From assembly GCA_036170915.1 (NCBI GenBank), contig JAVHQC010000006.1:96001-160000 (forward strand): DNA of 64,000 bases, read 5' to 3'. A program made the translations under genes and the position numbers. This document shows, piece by piece, positions 10,951 through 18,745 of this stretch. Positions within the stretch are counted from its first letter, which is position 1, and every line of letters begins with the position of its first letter. Source of the stretch: Cyanobacteria bacterium auto_48_18. GTDB lineage: Bacteria > Cyanobacteriota > Vampirovibrionia > Obscuribacterales > Obscuribacteraceae. The notes beneath the pieces were generated by a model, which saw only the letters and a program-made list of their open reading frames with translations, made no database searches and was not told the origin of the DNA.

Positions 10951-11274
10951 TTGAGAATGGATCAACAGGGTGAGCAACCGCTGGAGGCAAGACCAGGTAG
11001 GCGGGCCGGACGCATGACCCATAGCGAGCTCAAAACGCTCAAAACTGTGCAGACAAAAGAAGACAGTCCGCTTGTTCAGCTCGTCAAAGGCATTCAAGGT
11101 TTTTGGCTTGGAATATTCAGCACTTTTGCCAGTTTACTTCCCACCAAAAAACATTCGTCCTGTGCGGTAAATGGTCATGTTTTCCCAAAAGGAGCATGGG
11201 ACGGCGATTTTCCCCGCTGCACACATTGCGGAGAGCAAATCACTACGGCTGATCAATTTGGTGGACCCAGATAA
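10951..11274 (+). CDS. Small hypothetical protein with putative Zn-binding motif
   Basis: CAVNGH...RCTHCG (C-x3-H / CxxC); start uncertain (possibly 11014). Confidence 0.55.
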   Translation: MRMDQQGEQPLEARPGRRAGRMTHSELKTLKTVQTKEDSPLVQLVKGIQGFWLGIFSTFASLLPTKKHSSCAVNGHVFPKGAWDGDFPRCTHCGEQITTADQFGGPR

Positions 11275-11350
11275 ATTGATTGACTGAGCTCTTGATTCCC
11301 TATACCATACGTATCTATGTAATTGTTTTTGAATCGGTATACCTTCGCTA

Positions 11351-13822
11351 GTGTCGCAGTCTGCAAAAAAAACAGTAGTGATAGGTGTAAGAGACTTCGC
11401 TATGCCCTGTCCACGTACAGGCAGCATCGAGGTTAACAGTGGCTATGGTCAATTATTTGGCGGGCCGCTCGCCCTGGCTGCAGAAGGCCGGCAGTTGCAT
11501 GGAAAAATTCAGAAGGAACGCCAGCGCCTTTTTCCAATTTACAAAGCCGAGGTTAAGGCTGCCCACAAATTTGACGGTGAGAAATATATTTTCAGTGTGT
11601 CTGGACGCATTGATGGTTTTGTTGATGGCCTGATACCAGAAATTGAAGAAATCAAAAGCTCAACTTCGCCAGTGGAGTTGTTGCAGAAACTGGCCAGCGA
11701 TCACGAACATCCATACAGTTTGCAGCTGGCCACCTACGCATACATTTTATATCTAGAGAGAGAAGTGGTGCCACGCACCAGATTCTTAGTTACTTCGAAC
11801 ACATTCGATAAAGTCGATGTTCTCGAATACGATTTTCAGGTTCCACTTTACGAAAAGTGGCTTGCTCTGCGCATGGCCGAGCTTGAAGAAGAAGTCAAAG
11901 CTGAAGAAGATGCGCGCACTCGTCGCATGGAGATGGCCGAGCGATTAATATTTCCCTTTACGAAATTGCGCGTGGGGCAAAAAGAATTAGTCGATGAACT
12001 GGCCAGTGATATTCAAAGCAAACATCAAGTGCTGGTGCAGGCACCGACAGGCCTTGGCAAAACCATCGGCGTAATTTTTCCGCTTTTGCAAGACAGCTTA
12101 CGGCGTGGTCAAAAGCTCGTCTACGTCACTCCCAAAAACAGTCAGCATTCTGTTGCACAAGAAGCCATAACCCGACTGCAAGATGGTGGTGCTGCCATTA
12201 AAGCTTTGACTCTTAATGCTAAAGCAAAAATGTGTTTGAAAGAAGAAGTTATTTGCAATCCTGGCTATTGTGAATATGCTCGTGACTATTATGAAAAAAT
12301 GAGCGAGCATAAAGTTGTTGAAAAAATGGCAGAAATGACCAGCCTCACTGCCGATGCTTTCAAAGAAATCGGGCAGCAATATCAGGTTTGCCCCTTTGAA
12401 GCCTCACTAGATGCGGTGGCAGCAGCTGATGTAGTAATTGGCGATTATAACTATGTTTTCTCGCCGCGTAATACACTGGGAAGATTTACTTATAGTTTGA
12501 GTAAAACACCGCAGAAACCTAATTTGGTCATTGACGAAGCTCATAATTTGCCTCAGCGCGCAGTTGATTATTACAGTAAAAGTTTAAATTCAGCAGTAAT
12601 TGCTAACCTGGCTCTTGAGCTGGCATCATTGCCCTTTGATCAGGTGGTGGAAGCAAGAGCTGTTGTCTCAAAAATTCAATTTGTCATTGCTAACGTTGGT
12701 CGCATGGTCGGCTACAAAGAATCGCGTATCACCATTTCGCGTGACTTATTTGGCGAAGCTTTGCCGGCTTTGCAAGACCTGGTAGTGCGTAGAATCGCCA
12801 GCAAGGCTGCTGACAGCAGCCCAGGGGCAGATCCGCTTATGGCTATCATGCACTATTTCAACGATTTTATTGATGCCGTTGATTATGAAGGTGAAGAATT
12901 TTTCCACCTTTATACTCGCAATAAACTACGCGACGGCACCATAGATGAAGCGCTAAAAGTAATTTGCTGCGATGCGTCGGCCAAGCTCAAAATGGCTCAT
13001 AAAGAGTTTGCACACGTGGTGGCATTTTCTGCCACCATTAAGCCATTTGATTATTTTGCTCAACTCTCAGGGTTGGACGACCCAGAGCTTTCTAAGCGTG
13101 AGTATACGAGCCCTTTTCCTAAAGAACACCGCAAGCTACTTGTCATTCCTCAAGTTTCCACAAAATATTCAGATCGGCAGAGAAATTTTGGCAAAATTGC
13201 TGATGGAATAGCCCGCATTGTGCAAGTCAAGCCTGGCAATTATTTTGTTTTCTTCCCCAGTTTTGCTTTTCTTGGCAGTGTGCACGATCTGATCAAAGAG
13301 AAATTGCCCAATTCTGTTTTGCTGCTCAAACAAGATAGTGAAATTACTCAGGCGAAGGCCAAAAGTATTATGGAATCACTGGCTAAATCAGATTCGCCCA
13401 CTTTAGTCTTTGCTGTGCAGGGTGGGGTTTTTGCCGAAGGAGTAGACTATCCGGGCGAAATGATTATTGGTGCGATTATTGTGGGGCCCGGCCTGCCCAA
13501 TTTCAATTTTGAAAGAGAGCAAATTCGACAATATTACGATAAACGTTATGGCAATGGTTTTGACTATGCCTACGTTTATCCGGCCATGGCTAAAGTTATT
13601 CAAGCGGCAGGCAGAGTTATTCGCTCAGGTGATGACCGCGGTTTGATTGTGCTGATGGATCAGCGCTTTATTCAGAAACAGTATGCTGATTCCATGCCCG
13701 CCGACTGGTTCGATAAACAAGTCAGTGAGTTAGTATCAGCCAGCATCATTGCCGATATTCAATCGTTCTGGCAGAGTCAAGACACAGCCATAAAAGATCG
13801 AGTTTTAAGTGAAACTAGCTGA
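11351..13822 (+). CDS. Rad3/XPD/DinG-family Fe-S DNA helicase with N-terminal PD-(D/E)XK nuclease domain
   Basis: GRIDG...IEEIKS...QLATYA nuclease motifs; APTGLGKT; four Cys (KMC..IC..YC..VCPFE); DEAHN; SAT; EGVDY; QAAGRVIR. Confidence 0.92.
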   Translation: MSQSAKKTVVIGVRDFAMPCPRTGSIEVNSGYGQLFGGPLALAAEGRQLHGKIQKERQRLFPIYKAEVKAAHKFDGEKYIFSVSGRIDGFVDGLIPEIEEIKSSTSPVELLQKLASDHEHPYSLQLATYAYILYLEREVVPRTRFLVTSNTFDKVDVLEYDFQVPLYEKWLALRMAELEEEVKAEEDARTRRMEMAERLIFPFTKLRVGQKELVDELASDIQSKHQVLVQAPTGLGKTIGVIFPLLQDSLRRGQKLVYVTPKNSQHSVAQEAITRLQDGGAAIKALTLNAKAKMCLKEEVICNPGYCEYARDYYEKMSEHKVVEKMAEMTSLTADAFKEIGQQYQVCPFEASLDAVAAADVVIGDYNYVFSPRNTLGRFTYSLSKTPQKPNLVIDEAHNLPQRAVDYYSKSLNSAVIANLALELASLPFDQVVEARAVVSKIQFVIANVGRMVGYKESRITISRDLFGEALPALQDLVVRRIASKAADSSPGADPLMAIMHYFNDFIDAVDYEGEEFFHLYTRNKLRDGTIDEALKVICCDASAKLKMAHKEFAHVVAFSATIKPFDYFAQLSGLDDPELSKREYTSPFPKEHRKLLVIPQVSTKYSDRQRNFGKIADGIARIVQVKPGNYFVFFPSFAFLGSVHDLIKEKLPNSVLLLKQDSEITQAKAKSIMESLAKSDSPTLVFAVQGGVFAEGVDYPGEMIIGAIIVGPGLPNFNFEREQIRQYYDKRYGNGFDYAYVYPAMAKVIQAAGRVIRSGDDRGLIVLMDQRFIQKQYADSMPADWFDKQVSELVSASIIADIQSFWQSQDTAIKDRVLSETS

Positions 13823-15560
13823 AGAGAAAATTCTATTTTTAGATTGCCAGACCACTGGTGCCACTCCAAAAACAGCGCATGTACTTGAACTTGGCTGGTC
13901 TTTGAGTGAAGTCAGTGATACGAAACCGACCATAGTCAATCGGATTTTACGGCTGCCTGACGCTCAGGAATTACCCTTGCGTATTCAGCGCATTACCGGC
14001 ATCACAGCTGATGATATGGCCACAGCACACAGTCCGGCCGATGTAGTGGCAGAGCTGATGGGGCAAGTTGGTGATGTATCGCTTGGTGGTGTTAGATTTG
14101 TGGTGGCACATTACGCACAGTTTGAAGAAAGTTTTGTTGGGCAACTTTTTGCCGATCATGCGGTGGACGCACCATTCAAATTTATTTGCACCTGTCAGAT
14201 TGCCAAAAGGCTTTATCCTGATTTACCATCACGTGCAATCCGGGCACTGGGCGGCTATTTCGGCTTGAGTCTTTCTGAAATGAAACGATCATCGTGTCAT
14301 GTGGAAGCCACCTTCTTTATCTGGCAGAGATTACTAGCAGATTTGTCCGCGTTGGGCATTGAAGATAGCGATCAATTGCTTGAGTGGTTAAGTAAACCGC
14401 TGGTGAAAAAACAAGCTAAGAAGAATGCCTATGCCATTCCTATGGAAAGGCTGAAGCGACTTGATCTGCCAGACCGGCCAGGCATCTATCGTATGCTAAA
14501 TGCTGAAGGCAAAATTCTCTATGTGGGCAAAGCCACTTCGTTAAAAAGCCGCGTCAACAGTTATTTTCGCGGACGCAAAGGTAAAGATTCTAAAACCAAA
14601 GAGCTGATTAGCCAGATATTTGATGTGATGGTAACCGTTGTAGCCACCCCGCTTGAGGCCGCTCTACTAGAAACTGATCTGATCAAACAACACGACCCAC
14701 CCTATAACCGGGCATTGCGCGAGCGCGGCCGCTTCCTCAGTTTTTATAATCACGATTTTACTGAAAGCTCGCTTAACCAGGATACCAACTTTAAATTTGG
14801 CCCTTTTATCAGCGATCAATTTAAACCGCTGCTCGATTTATTAGAGGCTTTGAAGATCGGCTCGCGGCCGCCGGAGTTGTTCTGGGGCCTGGTGGGAGAA
14901 GAGGTGATTGGCGCTGCCTTTGAACTATTTCTACAAAATCTACAAAATAGAATGCTGGCCGATTATTCTCTTGAGCAAATGACGGCGCGAAAATTTCTTG
15001 CACAGGGCATGGTGCTTCTTCGTGCTGAAGTCAATGCTTTGCGCGCTCTCAAGCGCGAAGCGGAAAAGCTGTTGAAGGATACAGAAGGTCAGTTAGAAGT
15101 TGTGGGGCAGCCAGATAATCAACTTGATGAACAGCTTGTTGAACAGGCAGATGACCAGGCTGACGAAGAAGAGCGCGAATTAGATGAAAATGATGTTCTG
15201 GAGATGATCTACGGCATTTTGATGCGCAGCGCTAAGATGCATCTGCAAGCAAAGAAACTAACAATTTTGTTGAACAGTAGCATTGAATTTTTTGACGGTG
15301 AGCATCGGGTTTTAACTTTTAGTAACGGAAGCTTAGCTGATATGCCTGATTCGTTGGCTGACGCTGGTTGGGGCTCAGGTGACAGCCCATGGCGCGGTCT
15401 TGATATAAACACTTATGATCGCATGCGGGTGTTAATGACTGAATTGGCCCGCGTCTCGGCTAAAAATCAGGTAGTGATGTTCGGCCCATTAGAAGTGCGC
15501 GAGAAAGCATTGCTACAGCCTCATGTTGACCAAATGAGTAAGCTTAGTTTTACCCGTTGA
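13809..15560 (+). CDS. DEDDh exonuclease-like domain fused to UvrC-type GIY-YIG endonuclease
   Basis: FLDCQTTG and ITGIT in the N-terminal domain; PGIY...LYVGKATSLKSRVNSYF...EAALLE...PPYN. Overlaps the helicase stop. Confidence 0.88.
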   Translation: MKLAEEKILFLDCQTTGATPKTAHVLELGWSLSEVSDTKPTIVNRILRLPDAQELPLRIQRITGITADDMATAHSPADVVAELMGQVGDVSLGGVRFVVAHYAQFEESFVGQLFADHAVDAPFKFICTCQIAKRLYPDLPSRAIRALGGYFGLSLSEMKRSSCHVEATFFIWQRLLADLSALGIEDSDQLLEWLSKPLVKKQAKKNAYAIPMERLKRLDLPDRPGIYRMLNAEGKILYVGKATSLKSRVNSYFRGRKGKDSKTKELISQIFDVMVTVVATPLEAALLETDLIKQHDPPYNRALRERGRFLSFYNHDFTESSLNQDTNFKFGPFISDQFKPLLDLLEALKIGSRPPELFWGLVGEEVIGAAFELFLQNLQNRMLADYSLEQMTARKFLAQGMVLLRAEVNALRALKREAEKLLKDTEGQLEVVGQPDNQLDEQLVEQADDQADEEERELDENDVLEMIYGILMRSAKMHLQAKKLTILLNSSIEFFDGEHRVLTFSNGSLADMPDSLADAGWGSGDSPWRGLDINTYDRMRVLMTELARVSAKNQVVMFGPLEVREKALLQPHVDQMSKLSFTR

Positions 15561-15655
15561 CCGGAAATATCTTCATTTTTGTCTCATTTTTCAAAGCGAG
15601 GCTATGGCCCTTGAGCGGGTATAGAAAGCTTGGAGAAGGTGCAGAGGAAGAAATT

Positions 15656-16345
15656 ATGTTTGCCAAACGTTGCAGTTTCAGAACTTATCAGTTGATTTTA
15701 GCCACTATTTCTCTTGCCAGTCTTGTATCTGCGCCCGCTGCCATGGCTCAGGTCGCCGGGGCAAATCAGAGCATTTATCGCGACGAGCAAGAAATGCTAA
15801 ATACTGACCAGGCCATGATTAACCAGTATCAGACTTCTGAAACAGCGGCGGAGAACAAACTCGCTGCGGAGCAGGCAAAAACTAATGCCTACAGATTATA
15901 TGCTGAAGAGCGTATTGCCCAACTCGAGCAAAATAAAAGCAAATCGCCTGCGCTGGCCGGTTCCAAAGCTGGTGAGATGAGAGTTTTGCAGCAATGGTTG
16001 ATGCAAGACAATGCTTATCGCGCCAAACAGCAGGCTTATATCGACCAATTAGAGCAGTGCATCAGCAATTTGCGCACTAGCCAAACCAACACTTTGGCTA
16101 ATTTGAACACTGATATCAATTCTATGCGCCAGAGTGTGCAAGATGGCAAAGATCAGCAAAAATTTGAAAATCAGATGCAGATGAACCAGTTTAACGAGCT
16201 GAAGAGTGAAATGGGCGCCTGTTCCTGGGGTGATACTCCTAGAGATGGCACTTACAACTCGGTGGGTGGTTACGGCTTCAATGGAGGCTATGGCTACAGC
16301 ATGGGGGGCGGACGCCGCTGGCTCGGGGGCGGTCGAGGTTATTAA
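15656..16345 (+). CDS. Hypothetical secreted coiled-coil protein with Gly/Tyr-rich tail
   Basis: ATG 15656 after GAGG; signal peptide ending AMA; Q/N-rich helices; tail GGYGFNGGYGYSMGGGRRWLGGGRGY. Confidence 0.7.
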   Translation: MFAKRCSFRTYQLILATISLASLVSAPAAMAQVAGANQSIYRDEQEMLNTDQAMINQYQTSETAAENKLAAEQAKTNAYRLYAEERIAQLEQNKSKSPALAGSKAGEMRVLQQWLMQDNAYRAKQQAYIDQLEQCISNLRTSQTNTLANLNTDINSMRQSVQDGKDQQKFENQMQMNQFNELKSEMGACSWGDTPRDGTYNSVGGYGFNGGYGYSMGGGRRWLGGGRGY

Positions 16346-16348
16346 AGA

Positions 16349-18301
16349 TTGTCCGAAGCTGATACTAATAAAAAGAAAAAAGATGATACCGCTGCTGGTG
16401 GCGATCTTCCTGGCTCGCCCTCCGGTTACTCATTCTTTGTAAACGAACCAGGTAATGCTGCTTATACATTCGGTATGGATACCTCTCCTCCAGATTGGTT
16501 CCATACAATGACTTCAGGTATTAGTGTCTCTGCACCTTCTCCTTCTCCTAACCAAGCTTCCGGCCCTTCTCAGACTTCTTCAGTACCGCCTTCTGCCGGT
16601 GATGATGGCGACCATGCCAGTATTGCTCAAGATGTGATGTTTTCTCAAGGCGTGACCATTTCTCAAAACGCGGCGCCTACGCAGGAAGCAAAGGTTTTTG
16701 AAAATACTTTTGACTGGCAGCATACTAGTGTGGCTGAAAATGCCACCTATTCAGCAATGGCACACGTTACTCAAGATGCCTTCAATACGCCACATACAAA
16801 TGTGGCCCAGAATGCCAGCTATTCGCAGCAAGCTTCGGTGGCTCAAGACGCATTTGCTACACAGCAATCTAGCGTGCAAGCAAGCGTTGCTCAAAATGCT
16901 TTTTCTCTGGAAGATGCCAGTGTCTCTCAAGATGCCTTCCAAGTGCCTGAGGCTGCACCTTTTACTCAAGCAGAAAACTCTGACGGCACCGCTAAAAGTG
17001 CACCAGATTTGCGAGATTGGGGAGTGGTGCCTCCCACGGAACCGGCTTATGATGCCTATCAGGCTGATGCTGAAGGCTGGCCCAAGCAACGTGGGGCGAA
17101 AAGGCCACGTGAAGTAACTACCGCACCCTTGCACTTATCGGCTGATAAACGCTTTGCCAAGCTAGCGCTCACACCTGAGTTGACGGCCACCATCGATCGA
17201 ATTTACACACTGGTTGACCTCGACTTTAATGGCTATGTTGATTTCTTCGAACTTTCATCAGTGCTGGAAAGCGATCATCTAAGCGAGTCAGAGAAAGGCT
17301 TTGTACGTCTCATTTATGCAGTTGGATGCAAGGTTTTGGCAGAGCGGCCGCCAGTTTCTAATGGTACGGTGCCGGCGTTGACAAAACAAGATTTTACCCT
17401 TGCCTTTGCCTATCAGGTAGCCAGCACCATGGGTAATACCGAGGCAGTCAGCAAAGGTATTCTGCAAAGCGGACAGAGTACGAAAACCGGTCAATTTGTG
17501 GAGTTTAAGCCCTCACTTTATGCCGACCCTGATTATCCTCTGGTTTCAATCAAACCAGCTGCTGTGAAGCTAGGCACTATGGGCGATGCCTATTTCGCAG
17601 CTGGTGTGGGCTCACTGGCTGAAACTCGGCCGCGTGCCATGATGCGCATTATTTGCGAAAATCTTGACCATAGTTTTTCCATTAGCTTTCCCGGTGCTCA
17701 CGGCAAGCCACTAGAAGTGATGCCCCCTCGTCCGGAAGAGCTAATGCGCTATGCCCTGGCGGCCAAGTACGGCTTCTGGTTTCCTTTGTTGGAGAAGGCT
17801 AACGGTATCTATATGGCCCAGACTAATAGATTGGGTGCAAAGCTTGTGGATAAGCGTAATGAGTCATTTTCTCGCGCCGCTGAAGTAATTGAAACTTTAA
17901 CCGGTGCCACTACGGGCACACTGGTCACAGCTGATTGTTTGCCCGCAGATCTTTTGCGCAAGATTGCTGACCTGACTGGTAAAAAACAGCTAGTTATTGC
18001 TGTTTCTTCTGACTTTGTTCCTGATGCTTCGGCATTCGTGGGCACATCTCCTATTGCCAATAAGCCCTATCCGCTCACCGGTATCGATTTGCAGCGTGGC
18101 CAGGTCTTTCTCGCCAGTGTCTACGGCCAGGCTCAGAGCGCACTTGGTGATGAGCCGATGCAATTTAGCACCGAGCAATTTTTACGCTTTTTCAAAGTTG
18201 TTTATTATGAAGAAGACAGTGAGTCAGGCTCAAAGGTCTCTCATTTGATGCGCACTAAAAAGAAACCTAATGCTGGCGGCAATCCATGGAAACAAGCTTG
18301 A
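16349..18301 (+). CDS. Calpain-like (peptidase C2 fold) protein with EF-hand and N-terminal repeats; catalytic residues absent
   Basis: DLDFNGYVDFFEL EF-hand; VKLGTMGDAYFAAGVGSLA; WFPLLEKA; IETLTG. Confidence 0.72.
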   Translation: MSEADTNKKKKDDTAAGGDLPGSPSGYSFFVNEPGNAAYTFGMDTSPPDWFHTMTSGISVSAPSPSPNQASGPSQTSSVPPSAGDDGDHASIAQDVMFSQGVTISQNAAPTQEAKVFENTFDWQHTSVAENATYSAMAHVTQDAFNTPHTNVAQNASYSQQASVAQDAFATQQSSVQASVAQNAFSLEDASVSQDAFQVPEAAPFTQAENSDGTAKSAPDLRDWGVVPPTEPAYDAYQADAEGWPKQRGAKRPREVTTAPLHLSADKRFAKLALTPELTATIDRIYTLVDLDFNGYVDFFELSSVLESDHLSESEKGFVRLIYAVGCKVLAERPPVSNGTVPALTKQDFTLAFAYQVASTMGNTEAVSKGILQSGQSTKTGQFVEFKPSLYADPDYPLVSIKPAAVKLGTMGDAYFAAGVGSLAETRPRAMMRIICENLDHSFSISFPGAHGKPLEVMPPRPEELMRYALAAKYGFWFPLLEKANGIYMAQTNRLGAKLVDKRNESFSRAAEVIETLTGATTGTLVTADCLPADLLRKIADLTGKKQLVIAVSSDFVPDASAFVGTSPIANKPYPLTGIDLQRGQVFLASVYGQAQSALGDEPMQFSTEQFLRFFKVVYYEEDSESGSKVSHLMRTKKKPNAGGNPWKQA

Positions 18302-18316
18302 TTGCCACCTTATATT

Positions 18317-18685
18317 TCAAGCTTTGTAGTTGCCGAATTCTTTGATCAAATCGGCCACAGCAGCTTTTAGCTCTTTGCCGGCAGTTAACTCGGCAATTTT
18401 TTGATCTTGCTTGAATGTCGTCAATGCCACTTCTGCTTTCTGCCTGACTCTGTCGTTAGGATGGGCTTGCGAGACAAAATAGAGGGGCGGAATGCTCACC
18501 GGTTTTTGTTCTTTAACCAATTGATCGATAACTATGCTGACTGCTTGATAATCTTCGTTTTTCAGCCCAGCGATTAATGCTTTGAAAAGCATATGATCGA
18601 TTTTATTGAAAATGCCTTTGGTGGCTGTAGAGACCAGATCGGCTACTGAATTAAACTGAGCACCATAATCACTCAAAATGGGCAC
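18317..18685 (-). CDS. Hypothetical protein (helical, HEAT-like)
   Basis: 122-aa ORF; SIPPLYFVSQAHPNDRVRQKAEVAL. Confidence 0.65.
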   Translation of the reverse strand: MPILSDYGAQFNSVADLVSTATKGIFNKIDHMLFKALIAGLKNEDYQAVSIVIDQLVKEQKPVSIPPLYFVSQAHPNDRVRQKAEVALTTFKQDQKIAELTAGKELKAAVADLIKEFGNYKA

Positions 18686-18745
18686 CTTAAGAAAGCTGTT
18701 AAACTGTCGGGGCTAAAGAATAGATAGCTGCCATTATGTCATGGG

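Noticed and set aside
11351..11900. Cas4 / type IV CRISPR DinG
   Set aside because: No cas genes or array in the window; nuclease-XPD fusions occur as ordinary repair proteins.
15108..15170. 12-nt quasi-repeat (QLDE/QLVE/QADD) in the GIY-YIG gene
   Set aside because: Ordinary acidic low-complexity linker.
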